Assembly: GCA_951406725.2 (NCBI GenBank)
Contig: OX597822.1
Coordinates: 16,802,001-16,866,000 of the forward strand
Source: Octopus vulgaris
Lineage: Eukaryota
Direction: 5' to 3'
DNA: 64,000 bases
In this document: positions 28,443 to 42,099 of the stretch, in pieces
Position numbering within the stretch: position 1 is the first letter of the stretch
How the letters are laid out: each line of letters begins with the position of its first letter
Notes under the pieces: model-generated
What the model saw: the letters and a program-made list of their open reading frames with translations, nothing else
Told to the model about the DNA's origin: nothing
Database searches by the model: none
Made by a program: the position numbers and the translations under genes

Positions 28443-31400
28443 TGAATATATTCAGTAATAATTTTTATTGTTTTTGTTTCTCACTCAATTGTTTTACTTC
28501 ATACAACTCAAAAGAGACCCGTGAAACGTTGTATTGTGAATGTTGTCCTTCAAGATTTAGTCTCGTTTCCAAACGATCAGTGCAAGTTGCATATGAATCT
28601 TTAGCCGCCGGTAATGTCATTTAAATAGGAATAACTAATTCTGTGGAAGAAGATTGTTTAACCAAGAGGTGTACTTTAGACAGCATTTGCGGAAAGAAAG
28701 TGGATGAAGAACACAAAAAAATCAGATTGCTTTATTAAATTAATTAAAAACAAAGTACATCGTATCAGACCCAAGGGAGCCAAGTCTATATTTGAAGTTT
28801 GTTGCAAGTTCAATTCTCAATAGGAACTATTTGATTTTCTTTATTTCTTGCACCAACAGTTTCTATTCAAAAGCTAATAAGCTCGTTTCTCCACCGCGTT
28901 GAAACGAAGTCTTTGATGTTGAAGTAACAACTCTGTACAGCATAAAGAGACGGTTTTAGTTAATTAAAATAGATCTAATTAGAAATATTCTAAATCTATT
29001 GTTTTGTTTGATATTCAGTTATCTTCTCTTTTTTTTTACATTTTAATTCAGTAATGTTCTGGAAAAGAGCGGAGGCTAATGAAATTATTCTTTTGATCAT
29101 TTGTTTCAATATTAGTTTTCTTCCTCGTTAAATACGAAGACAATATATCTTAGAAAACAGGAAATAAGAGTTTTTGGCATGCATGCCTTTCCGGGTAATT
29201 TTTGTGGTGTAGTTGGGTTGAAACGGCTTCAACTAGGGATCGAAACCACAGTACAATATCAGTCTTATTGTGACTTTACCTTTCACCCCAACGTCAATAT
29301 ACTTCCCCGCGCGCAAAATATTGTTCACTATTTTATAGAGTTTCACCTTGTTTCTTAACCTTTTATACGTCGGTTGTCAACAGCAACCAAGTATGACTTC
29401 ACAACAGCATGCATTATGCTTTCCACTCCTGTGTTAGGTACCCAGGTTGTTGGGCTCAGACACCCGCGTTTTCGGTTCCTTTACACACACAGACAGCGAA
29501 TCTTCAAATACGCTACACCTGGCGGCGGTAGAACATGTGGCTTGTTCTGCAGCACTTGACGAATACCTTATTTTATGGACCCCTGGAGAATGAAAGGCAA
29601 AACCTAAAGTGGGAATTGTCAAGATTGAACACTGAACCAACAGAACCGAACAGACCGGCATTTTCTTGGATAATTTAAAGAATCTGCTAATCACTCTATG
29701 ACCGCAATCAGTGATGTTCACTCCTAGATTTTACTTCATATTTTTTCGGGAATATAACGCTTTTCAAAATTTTATACCCTTCACTAGCAAGCATATATAT
29801 GTAGTATCTATACACACACCACATTTACACTATATAAATATACACCCCACACAACCTTTTATTTATATACATATATGTATATGAAGATTGAAACTCATTG
29901 AAAAACGTGCAAGTTAGTTTAAGAAGAAGCATAAATGATCGTTAAAATAAAATATAAATAACTTGTATGTTGTTAAGGAAGGCGTCTTAGTCACAGCTCC
30001 CATATGAAATAAGCGGTTTTGACGAAGATGAATGTTCGACATGGTGGTTAAATGATTAAAGTCTGAGATCGGAGTGAGAAATACTAAAACAAACTTTTGT
30101 TTCTGATGATAAAAACCGAGATAAAATGAAGGGTGCACGGAAAAGTGGTAGAATGGAGTAGAAAAAATATTGGAAGTAAAAAGATAAATGGATTAGATAA
30201 ATGGCTGTGAAGAAAAGAAAATGAAGAAACGTGATAAAATAAAATGGAGAAATGACAAAAGTGTAAAGGAAAAAGAAAATAATGAAATGTAATAAAATAG
30301 AAAAATTAACGAGGTATAGAATGAATAAAATATGGTGGGCTGAGAAACGGATAAAAACCAAAGAAAAACAATTTGTTCGGGGAAAAGGAAGAACTAAAAC
30401 AACAAGAAGGAAACGAAAAAGAAGAGATCAAAAACAAAAACAAGTTTTAAAAAACAAACAAAACTATAAGAGATTAAGAGATGTATGGCCTTCAGAATTT
30501 TATTTGTTACCTTTTGACCAATAAAAAGAGTCTGAATGGCTCCTAACGAAATTTCCTTAAATCTTTTAAGAGTACGAACGTGTCTGTATGATAGGAGGGT
30601 ATATCGTTTCCTCAATAGCATTCACGTTAAAAGTATTAGACAGAAAAAAGTCGCGGCCATACGGAACGTGCAAAATAATCTACGCAATTTCAACTTTTTT
30701 TACGTGCAGAAAATTGCAGATCTTTCGCCTCCCCCACCCCCACCCCCACCCACACACACACACTAATCTGATTTACAGAGCAACAAGTAAGCCTATATTA
30801 AACATAAAATCAGAAAATATTCAAAACTGCTTAGTGACGTTTGAAACAGATGAAATGACAGCGGGCGGATATAGGAGAGAGTAAATCATTTCTCTGCACT
30901 GACTTTCGATCAATGTAGAGTAGCGTCCTGTAGTCATTTATCAATGTAAACAGTCAGAAATTTCGATCGGGCTTGCATTTCGCAATAAATCGATTAAACT
31001 CGAGATATTGCCGGCACAATGTGTTAAAACTTTTGTCTCATTAGTTACGTGTTCTCTGCCAACTTCATGACTGTTCAACCAATTTAAGCAAATCTCCAGT
31101 CCACCATTTAGTGGTCCCTACTGAAGAGCTCTGATTATATTGTGCTCGATATTAGCAGCTAAGTTCGTAAAATTTATTTCTCAATCTATTGTCGATTCCG
31201 GTAAATCTTGGAAGAGTTCATATTGTCAATAATTCTTACTTTACGCTCAATAACTTTACTCTGTTACCTATCCTCTATTTTATACGGTCAATAATCTTCG
31301 CTTACATTCTTATTCATATATCTTGGGGTTATTATCTTCATATTGTATTTTATTATCTTCCTCGGGACTAACCAAACTCGATTCTATCGCTTAGTTCCTC

Positions 31401-31892
31401 ATCTTGCCAAACTTATCTTTATTTCCATTTTCTACACTTTCTCATGCGGTGACATCCAACGACGATATATAATGTTAAGCAACTAATAACATGCGTCTTT
31501 CATATAATATAGTAGACCGTTATTTTCAACTTATTTCCAATGGCGACACACACGACTAATACATTTTCATCAGCGTCAGCCCACGTAATTTTACTTTTAT
31601 AACTTTTGAAGTTTGATGATTAACACTCATACTTTCCGTGGACTTGGTGTGATACCTTACAGTTTTTATAGACGAACAGGTATTTAGCTTTTATTTATAG
31701 GAATTCTTGGTTAGAATACAAATTCAACGCGCTAACGATTGCTACCGCTGACGTTGCTCATACATACATGCCAAATGAGAAAGAATTCCAGTCCTTGCAA
31801 CCTAACGAGGGCATCGACCCAAGGAATCTCCTTTCCACCAACCTCGGACAACGAATACCAGAACTAACTTCTAGCTTCGCCAAACTCCTCAA

Positions 31893-31932
<40 letters not shown>

Positions 31933-31959
31933 GTTCTATCCCTATCATTTGGAACTCGC

Positions 31960-33650
31960 CCCAGTCTGTCGTACTCATGATACGAGCAACTTCTCTGGAT
32001 CCCACTGCTATCGGCCTATCGCTTTCCTTTCCTGCTTCTCAAATGCAGAGGAGAATACCGTTAACAACCTCCTCTTACAACATTTTCAAAATCTTTCTCT
32101 CCTACAAGATCACCATTGTGGTTTTTGTATAACTAGAACTACTAGAGATATAATCTTCTTTGCCTTTCAATATTGACCTCTCGTTTAATGAGCGGAGATG
32201 TCATTACACTCAACTACATCAAACCATTCGACCTGCACTCAGACCTCTGATCAATCAAAACTGCCGGTCTGTCGGACCCATTCACTGTCTCGTTTAACAG
32301 ACTTCGTGTCAAGATGGCGGAATTGTACCGTCTGCTTACAGAGGTCTTTGCTGCCAACAACCTTTCAACTTCAGTGTGCCCCAGGGTCCAGTTTGGTCAC
32401 TCACACTTCTCCTTCTCAGCATCAATGACCAAACAACTGTCATCTCCAACAACCTGCACTCCATGTAAACAATACAATTGTTTCTTTTCCATTTGTCTGC
32501 AACCAAATATTATCAACATACAGGTGCAGGTGTGGCTGTATGGTCAGAAGATTGCTTCCCGGCCACATGGTTCTGGGTTCAGTCCCACAGCATGGCACCT
32601 GGGGCAAGTGTCCTCTATTAAAGCCTTGAGAGTGGGTTTGGTAGACGGAAACTTACCGAAGCCCATCTTTATATGTACACATGTATGTGAGCGTGTCTTT
32701 GTATCTCTATCCTCCACCACTGCTTGGCAACTGGTGATGTTGTGTTTACATCCCCATGACTTTGCGGTTCGGCAAAAAGACCGATAGAATAAGTACCAGG
32801 CTTTATGAAAAAATAAGTACTGGAGCCGATTCAACTATAAATTCTTCATGACGATGCCGCAGCATGGCCACAGTCTAATGGCTGGAACAAAATGATAAAA
32901 AAGTTTTTAAAAATATAACCCAGTCACCGCACCAATTCCATGAATAGACATCATAAAATCATGCTTTAAATCATGTCTTGCCAATCTTGTCTACTTCAAT
33001 AGAACATATCAATCGCATACCATTCTTTTAATCGTGAACAATAACAATCAACTAAAAATCTCAAGTTCGTTACAAAAGCTGGACCTCACCATCTAATTAA
33101 TCGTTCCTGGCGATCTCATATCTCCAACAGAGTAAAACCTGAACCACAAGGACTGAGCGCCTTCGCAACCAAAACACACTTTATCCCCGCCCTCTCACAT
33201 CGCAATTATTGGCCCTTTACAAAACTCAAGTAAAATCTTCAGTTGAGCTCAGCTTTTACATTTAGAACGGAGATAACTCTACTTTGAAGCATCCTACTTT
33301 ATACCCATAAGTCACACACACACACACACACACACACATACCAACATCTGATTAACAAGGAGGGAATCGCCGATAATCTCTGACCCACAGACCAGTTGTC
33401 TCCGCATTCTGCCCTTACTATAGATACTACCGAAGATTTTGCTTTTCGGAACTTGCTGGTCTCACGCCACTCCTCAACTCGAGTACTCTCGATTCGCTCA
33501 TCTCTTTTCATCAACCATATTGTTCAGTCCTTCCTAGGAATGTTGCTTCTCTGGAATTCCTTCCTATGTCCTTTTTCTGCAATCGTGACTCTGTAACTGT
33601 TCAGGGGGGATATTGCGTACATCGATCTCGTTCATCATTGGCACAATGCT
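31960..33650 (+). pseudogene. CR1/Jockey-like LINE reverse transcriptase relic interrupted by a SINE
   Basis: YRPIAFLSCFS...LLQDHHCGF...RTT, and GTGCCCCAGGGTCC (VPQG motif) at ~32376. Heavily frameshifted. Confidence 0.7.
32521..32900 (+). mobile_element. SINE family B
   Basis: GTGGCTGTATGGTCAG head, GGTTCAGTCCC B box, family tail. Confidence 0.8.
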
Positions 33651-34299
33651 TCCTTCCAGACTAGACATTTAGCCAATATGTGTGTGTATATATATTAGTG
33701 TATGCGTGCTGTACGTGTATGTGTGTGTGTGGACATAAATATGTGTCAATGTAAGCGTGTATATGTGTGTGAGTGTGTGTATGTGTTTACATGTATGCAT
33801 ATATGAATATATTTTGTTGCATACAATGACCAACTAGATTAATGACAAATGAGTGAGGATGGCTAAAGCTAGAATATCATTCATCACAAGTCTGTTCGGT
33901 CAATCTTGACAATCAGAAGCTGGACCACAGCCTACATGTGCCCTTTACAAACTCTTATTTTGTTTTATAAAATAAAACTAAATCCCTCCCCTAAATCCCT
34001 TAAGGGGTCGTTTCGTCACTGCCGAAGATATTCTCTCTACACAAGGATTCATGGAAAAGATTGTTGTCCGTTGTTTAGTCGGACTCCCGCGGAAAACTGA
34101 AGGCACCGCGAGAAAATAAAGCGTAAAGGCTCAACCCAGTGTTGAACGCGTTTCGTAAAGAAGGTTGTGCTTAGAGCAACTTAAGTTCTTACAGATGTGC
34201 CTTTAAAAAGACTTAAAAACTGTTTTCATATAAGATTCTTATTGTTTTCAATAATGCTGAATTTTTAAATATTTAATGACTATTTCGGGTTAATTGTAG

Positions 34300-34530
34300 A
34301 TCTGACGTCACAGCATGGGAGAAAAGAAGGAAAAATGAACAGATCGTTCGCTTTCAATTTTCAAAACGAACCCAGGCGGACACCGATCTTGAAAGCGTAA
34401 CTCATTGATTTTTTCCGAATATTAGCGATTTATGTGTCAGCTGGGAGGTTGTCAGAAAAGTTATCAAAGCGCTTGTATTGGCCAGCCGTTCACGGCAACG
34501 TAGCGCTTTCATCCTTTAAAAGCCAGTTCT
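34300..34530 (+). promoter_or_regulatory. Possible promoter-like segment
   Basis: Consensus CRE TGACGTCA 34303-34310, inverted CCAAT (ATTGG) ~34478 and TTTAAAAG ~34515 in repeat-free sequence that retains CpG. Confidence 0.2.
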
Positions 34531-35378
34531 TTTCTATTCAAAGCAGAATTCACAGAGCGTTGAATTATTCACTGCCTAACAAGGACCGACAGCTGGTTTC
34601 AGACCGTTGTGAGATAGCTTACTTTTGTCCAACAGATATACTGCCTGGGTTACATTACAGTTTGGACGTTGAGAAAACAGAAGAACGTGGAAGTGTTGTT
34701 ATTGCACTGAAGTAGCAGAAATCTACTGTGATGTCAGTATTTACAGGTTAAAACTGTTCATAAAGTTAAATCATTCGGGACGAATGAGTTTCAGAGAGAT
34801 TACTTGTAACATCCAGTTAAGCCTTTGAACGGAAATAATCATGGGCGGACTGAAGAACAGATATAACTTAATGCATTTCGTAATAGACATTACTTTCGAT
34901 GTGTATCTCTTTGTGTCCGTGATTGCGTGTGAGCGCATGCTTGTGTGTTTGTGCAAGAGGAAAGAGAAAGAGTGTGACGGAGTGTATGCGTAGATAATAA
35001 AGAGTTGTAAAGGAGAAAAGTTTCCCTGGAACTTACTTTCTGTTACAAAATTGTAAATCCACATAATTAAACAAAATCTCTTTTTTCTTTCTCAGCCTTT
35101 ATTTTCCGCTCCTGAAAGGAATAACAATTTTATAACAATAGGCCTTTGCACCAAGACGAGAGGGCTAAGTGATTATTTTCAATTTTCTACGAGATTGCGT
35201 TTAGTGCCGCTTGCTAATCATGATCAACTCTGGTGAAAGAAAATTGCGAACAGTTCTTGGTGCAAAATCTAGAGAATGATATTTAACAAGACGCTGCAAA
35301 CAGGTAAACACTAAGGTTTATTTAGTTTTTCTTTGTCGATGTAGTTTTATGTAGACTTTATTATTATTATTATTATTA

Positions 35379-35446
<68 letters not shown>

Positions 35447-35890
35447 TACTCTGGTTGTTTTATGCAGTTTTATTTTCGTTACCTAACAAACATAATCATG
35501 TCATATTACGTATATTTCAAGCATGATAACGACCGCATAAACAAGCCACCGGCCATTACTCCATCACCTTTCTTTCTTTAACAAGAGTCATGGCGAGCTT
35601 TGACGAGATGCACTCTCCATACATAATACACCCAGTTGAAAGCAGAAGAGTGTGACGGAGTGTATGCGTAGATAATAAAGAGTTGTAAAGGAGAAAAGCA
35701 GAGTTCTTTTTTTTCCTTTTTTTTTTTTTGTTTTTAACCTAACACACATATGATGTCTTCTTTTACCTTTTTATCTCCTCCACTGCTACTACAACGGCCT
35801 CTACCCTGTCCAACCTTCTCATTCGCTGCCTCATTTGATTACATACCGCACTAACTAAGCTTAAAGCGTCTAATTGGCTGAGTTGTTAGA

Positions 35891-36131
35891 ATATCACTTT
35901 CTTTACTACCCACAAGGGGCTAAACACAGAGGGAACAAACAAGGACAGACAAACGGATTAAGTCGATTACATCGACCCCAGTGCGTAACTGGTACTTAAT
36001 TTATCGACCCCGAAAGGATGAAAGGCAAAGTCGACCTCGGTGGAATTTGAACTCAGAACGCGGCGGCGGACGAAATACCGCAAAGCATTTCGCCCGGCGT
36101 GCTAACGTTTCTGCCAGCTCGCCGCCTTCAC
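35891..36131 (-). mobile_element. SINE family C, full length with 11-bp TSD
   Basis: TSD GAGTTGTTAGA at 35880-35890 and 36132-36142. Confidence 0.9.
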
Positions 36132-36735
36132 GAGTTGTTAGAGTGTCGGCTAGATTGCTTTGCGGTAATCCTTCTGGAACTCTGAGTTGTGAGTTCAAAT
36201 CCCATCGAGATCAACTTTACCTTTCACCTCTTTCAGGGTCGATTATTAAAGTACAACTGTAATTTGAACGAATCTTTTCTTTCTGTCTGTTTCTCGTTCT
36301 TGAGGAGAGACAGGTTCTGTCGAATCAACAAAGACACCCCGGATGTCATGCTGTACTCTTACGATTTCATCATAGTCGAAGGTCCAAATTAGTGCAATTA
36401 AACACTTGTTGAAGCCTCTGTATGATTGCTCATCTTGCTGGGAATAGCATTCAACTATCTCTTAAATCACAGCCTACGCGCTTGAAAAGAGGAATGAAAC
36501 ATTGAACAGCTTGTCACGTTGTAGCCCTAAAAGGCGGGATGGCCACAACTGGAATACCGATGATCATAATTTATGCTTAATTAGTTTGACCTTGAACTAA
36601 ACAATAACATGATACATAAGCAATCAAAGAAAGAACGTCAATCTTACTCGACCTGCTAATAGTAGAAGCCAAATAAACCACTAATCACACCCAACTATCT
36701 TTGAAAATGCGGAACGAAGTTATTCATACATTATT

Positions 36736-37247
36736 CTTTTTTCTACTAAAGGTACAAGGCCCGAAATTTGGGGGGAAGGGGTCAGTCGATTAAATCGACT
36801 CCAGTACGCAACTGGTACTAAATTTATCGACCCCAAAAGGATGAAAGGCAAAGTCAGCCTCGGCAGAATTTGAACTCAGAACGTACAGATAGACGAAACA
36901 CCTATTTCTTTACTACCCACAAGAGGCTAAACACAGAGGGAACAAACAAGGACAGACAAACGGATTAAGTCGATTACATCAACACCAGTGCGTAACTGGT
37001 ACTTATTTAATCGACTCCGAAAGGATGAAAGGCAAAGTCGACCTCGGCAGAATTTGAACTCAGAACGTAGCGGCAGACGAAATACCTATTTCTTTACTAC
37101 CCACAAGGGGCTAAACACAGAGAGGACAAGCAAGGACAGACAAACGGATTAAGTCGATTATATCGACCCCAATGCGTAACCGAAAGGATGAAAGGCAAAG
37201 TCGACCTCGGCGGAATTTGCTAACGTTTCTGCCAGTTCGCCGTCTTA
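36736..37247 (-). mobile_element. Trimeric SINE family C array within a single TSD
   Basis: Units recur with ~184-bp period (36901 vs 37085). TSD TTATTCATACATTATT at 36720-36735 and 37248-37263. Confidence 0.85.
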
Positions 37248-38134
37248 TTATTCATACATTATTATTAAAAAGGCGGAGTGGTTATAGTTGGAAAGCCTTC
37301 AATATATCTGTATACTTCATCAGAGAACTATACAACAACACAACATCAATGAGCAATCACTTTTTCTTCTTCACTCTCTCCCCGAAGCTAACGCATATTA
37401 AATTCAAGTTTCAAGTAAATTTTTCGCTGCCTATCATCATTACGCCAAACGACGAGTAATCGTTTGTTTTTCAGGGATCTTTCTTTATTGTTATTGTTGT
37501 TTCTTTACTCATAGGATCTCTTCAAAGGAAAGCAATGGTCTTCTTGCGCGCAAAAATTATCTGAATTTTTGGTTGGTGATTGCGATGTGTTTTTGGCAAC
37601 GATAATTATTTCGAATGCATCGTTTATTTATTGAGGGGTAGAGTTTTACGAAGTCAAATTATGCGTACGCTTATAAATGCTTGCCAGTGTTGAAAGTGAC
37701 GTATGTTACGACGAATATAATGTTGTTCCCAATCGATAGATTTTATGCTTAGGGTTATTTTGTGTAGCCTTATCTTAATAGTGTTGGAAAATCTGTGGCT
37801 GAGGTTTGTGACATCTCAGTGCTACGTTAAGGGTACCAAGTGCAACGCGTTTATTACTGTGGTTAGCGATTTTCGATTTTAGGCTCACTGAGCGAAAGCT
37901 TTCGTCTGTGTCTATGTCATGTGTTTGTGCAAGAAGTTTCATATGTGCAGATATGCGTTGGCGCACGTAAACCTCATTAATCTCATTAAATGTATGTAAT
38001 TTCTAAAAGATTCATTTTTAATGAAAAACTTTGTACTATGTACACGTACACACAGACACACAAATATATACGCACATACGTTCATGTACATACATTCACA
38101 CGTATATATACATTCGTGCATATATATATATATA

Positions 38135-38329
38135 TTCTTCTATTTGTTTCAGTCATTTGACTGCAGCCATGCTGGAGCATCGCTTTAGTTGGACTTATTC
38201 TTTGTAAACCTATTACTTAATCTATCGTTCTCTTTTGCCGAACCGCTAAGTTACCGGAACGTAAACGCACCAACATCGATTGTCAAGCGATGGTGGGGGT
38301 GGACAAACACAGCCGTACAAACATACACA

Positions 38330-38375
<46 letters not shown>

Positions 38376-38525
38376 CGACGGGCTTCTTTCAGTTTCCGTC
38401 TATCAAATCCACTCACAAGGCTTTGGTCGGCCCGAAATTATAGTAGAAGACACTTGCCGTGGGACTGAACCCGGAGCCATGTTATTGGTGCGCAAGCTAC
38501 TTACCACACAGCCACTCCTGCACCC
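38135..38525 (-). mobile_element. SINE family B
   Basis: Reverse complement of the family sequence with small deletions. Confidence 0.85.
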
Positions 38526-38534
38526 TATATACAT

Positions 38535-38579
<45 letters not shown>

Positions 38580-38588
38580 ATATATATG

Positions 38589-38694
<106 letters not shown>

Positions 38695-38843
38695 CAATGG
38701 TGGAAAGGGGAGAGCAGAAATTCTTCACTTGCATATTTTGGGTGTGCTGGCACTGTTAGTTTCGAGCAGATCTTCAGAAGCGATAAGAAGCCGAAAGGGT
38801 ATGCTCCCACTTTCAGTGTTTTCAAATCCAAACCAAGGAGTTC

Positions 38844-38895
38844 TGAGCTGATGATAGAAATGTCGAGTTGACTAATCTTGAAACGTACGTTCTCA
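38844..38895 (+). ncRNA. Type I hammerhead motif, unit 1
   Basis: TGAG/CTCA helix I; CTGATGA 38848-38854; T.T mismatch then AGA/TCT with inner GTC/GAC; GAAA 38880-38883; palindrome ACGTACGT; GTT triplet ending at 38891. Confidence 0.7.
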
Positions 38896-39403
38896 AATAA
38901 CCTTTGCATTTGATTTTTTAATGTCTTTACCCCCATACTTTCGTGAGTTGAATTGAGCAAACACTATATGAGAGAGATTTTCTTTAAGTATTAGAAATAG
39001 TTTTAAAAAAGTTTTTTTAGCTACTATTTCTAATGTGTTCAGTATGTGGCAAAGTAATTTATTTTACTAAGCCCTTTTATATAATGTAATAATTTGAATT
39101 CGCCTTAAATGGTCCCTTTACATACTGAACACTTGGTGAAATTGATTAATAATTAATTAATTTTACCCTCAATTGTTGAAATTATAATTCATCTCTCTCT
39201 ATTTAATGTTTCGGATTTTACCGAAAAAGCATAGTGTTTACTGATTTTAACCCACGCTGGTGGAAAGGGGAGAGCAGAAATTCTTCACTTGCATATTTTG
39301 GGTGTGCTGGCACTGTTAGTTTCGAGCAGATCTTCAGAAGCGATAAGAAGCCGAAAGGATATGCTCCCACTTTCAGTGTTTTCAAATCCAAACCAAGGAG
39401 TTC

Positions 39404-39455
39404 TGAGCTGATGATAGAAATGTCGAGTTGACTAATCTTGAAACGTACGTTCTCA
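39404..39455 (+). ncRNA. Type I hammerhead motif, unit 2
   Basis: Identical to 38844-38895, offset by 560 bp. Confidence 0.7.
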
Positions 39456-39879
39456 AATAACCTTTGCATTTGATTTTTTAATGTCTTTACCCCCATACTT
39501 TCGTGAGTTGAATTGAGCAAACACTATATGAGAGAGATTTTCTTTAAGTATTAGAAATAGTTTTAAAAAAGTTTTTTTTAGCTACTATTTCTAATGAGTT
39601 CAGTATGTGGCAAAGTAATTTATTTTACTAAGCCCTTTTATATAATGTAATATTTTGAATTCGCCTTAAATGGTCCCTTTACATACTGAACACTTGGTGA
39701 AATTGATTAATAATTAATTAATTTTACCCTCAATTGTTGAAATTATAATTCATCTCTCTCTATTTAATGTTTCGGATTTTACCGAAAAAGCATAGTGTTT
39801 ACTGATTTTAACCCACGCTGGTGGAAAGGGGAGAGCAGAAATTCTTCACTTGCATATTTTGCTAACTATGTTAGGCATT

Positions 39880-39949
<70 letters not shown>

Positions 39950-40022
39950 GTATATATATATATGTATATATATATATACACATATATACATGTATATATA
40001 TACACATATATATGCATATATA

Positions 40023-40065
<43 letters not shown>

Positions 40066-40576
40066 ATATATACATATATATACATGTGTGTGTGTGTGTG
40101 TGTGTGTGTAATGCCTAACATAGTTTCTTCCGACAATAAACTTCCCTTTTTGCCATCCGATACTTCTTCGTGTTTGTTTCTGTTTTCTCGTTCTTCTTTT
40201 CCTTCTTTCTCCCCTTAATTCAGTCAAGTCGTATATTTACAAATCTACTGACGTGTTTATTTTCGAACAAGTCCTAATAGTGTCGCACCTACAACACATA
40301 AACATACTCATACCTATTGGTCACTAATTCACCAAATATAAATCAGTCCTACTCACGTAAAAATAACAAGAAAAGCATTTATAACTGTTTAACTTATCCA
40401 CAAAACGTGATATTCAAGAAAGGCAAACCCCGCCCACGCACCCACGCAAACCAAAACAGTTTTAGATTCAATACAGACATTGAACTAAAAGATGCATTTC
40501 TTTATTGCGGGTGGAAAGCGCTAAACAGTGATAAGTAAAATTGCTATGTGTACGTCCCAAATGGTGGAACAGGCTA

Positions 40577-41128
40577 CTCACTGCGTTTTGTTACGGGAAT
40601 GCTAGCATCTCACAGTCTAGCTAGGTGGCGCCTTTATAATATACTATATGGCTCAGAAACCTGGACGTTATCTAAGAAGCTTGAGAGGCGGTTGGATGGG
40701 ACTTACCCTCGCCTCCTTATGAGAGCTCAAAATCTCTCGTGGAAGCGTCATCCAACCAAAGTACAAATATATAGAAAATTACCACCTGTATCATCTCTTG
40801 TGAAAGGTAGAAGAGTCCAGTTTGCTGGACATTGTTGTAGAGCTGAAAACGAGGTAATTTCTACTCTTCTCCTCTGGAAGCCATCTGCTCGCGATACCAG
40901 AGGGCGCACACTCTCTTACCCTGATGTAATCTCCAGGGATACAGGCATCCAGCAGCAGGACCTCCGTAATGCTATGATGGACCGTGAGGTCTGGCGTAAC
41001 ATAGTAAATTCCATTGTCTCGACCACGGTCGAACAATGATGATAGGTGGCGCCCCCAGCTGATCTAGAGGTGTATAAACACCATTTGCCAACAAGCCAGA
41101 TATATTCACCGTGACAAAACGCAGTGAG
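40577..41128. mobile_element. Small MITE (~130 bp) split by an RTE insertion
   Basis: Inverted termini CTCACTGCGTTTTGTTACGG (40577-40596) and CCGTGACAAAACGCAGTGAG (41109-41128). Confidence 0.7.
40633..41042 (+). mobile_element. RTE-clade LINE 3' fragment with 11-bp TSD
   Basis: YGSETWTLSKKLERRLDG...STTVEQ stop, TGATGA tail. TSD TAGGTGGCGCC at 40622-40632 and 41043-41053. Confidence 0.9.
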
Positions 41129-41969
41129 CAGCTTCTTCCCCAGTTCGAACCTGTATCAAGCATATTCAGATTGATAATAACATTGCACATTTCTTTATAT
41201 ATTTATTTATTTATTCCAGAAACATATTAGGTTAGATTCCAAACACTCTTTTACCACCCCTAAACATTCCAACCCCACCTTCCCTACCCTTCTCATCCCA
41301 CCCCATCCTTTACACCCACTCCCACATATCCCACCTCTAATCCCACCCTTGCTTTCCCCACTCTCGCCTCCCCCACCTCCCAACACTACCATACCACACA
41401 TCTCATCACAACACACCACCACGCACACACTCGCACTGAACACTTCCCAGCCCCACACCTGCTCACCCACAAATACACACACGCACACTTCAAGGTCACC
41501 AGCCCTCTTCCACACGCACATACATACTCTCTTATACACACGCACGCGCACCTTCGTTTTGGGATCACCACTACTTTATTATCCAAGTAATTCTTACGCT
41601 CTGGGCACATAGCCTATTCAAATTACGAACCATGCCACGTGCCCAGAGCCTGGAGATTATTTGGAGTCACCTGGTACGTCTTAAGATCTGCCTCGATGAT
41701 TTCTTTAGTGTATGAGACTATTCGTAGCTCGTAATCATATATTGTGTACATTAAACAATATCTTCCACCAGCTGGAGTACTTATTTTCTTGATCTCACAT
41801 AGACGGAAAAGTAAACTACACACACACACACACACAAACATTTAACCTCACTGCTTATACCTGAGAACTCTTGGTTCAACCCCGGAACACTTTCTGCAGA
41901 ACGAAGCAAGGAACTACACATTTTGTAACTAAAATGATACAGTAAAAGCCAGCATGTTTTATACATAAA

Positions 41970-42067
<98 letters not shown>

Positions 42068-42099
42068 CAAAATGTCCATAAGAGTAAGAACCTTTCCTC

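Larger units (their letters stand above)
38698..39861 (+). repeat. 560-bp head-to-tail tandem repeat (2 units plus ~43 bp), one hammerhead per unit, between (TA)n arrays
   Basis: Units start at 38698, 39258 and 39819 and differ at only a few positions. Confidence 0.9.

Noticed and set aside
36736-37247. CRISPR-like or satellite array
   Set aside because: Units are SINE bodies with no unique spacers, in a eukaryotic context.
38750-38820. Possible minus-strand hammerhead in the 560-bp unit, which would make it viroid-like
   Set aside because: GAGCA/TGCTC-GAAAC is present, but no CUGANGA sits in the right position and helix III cannot form.
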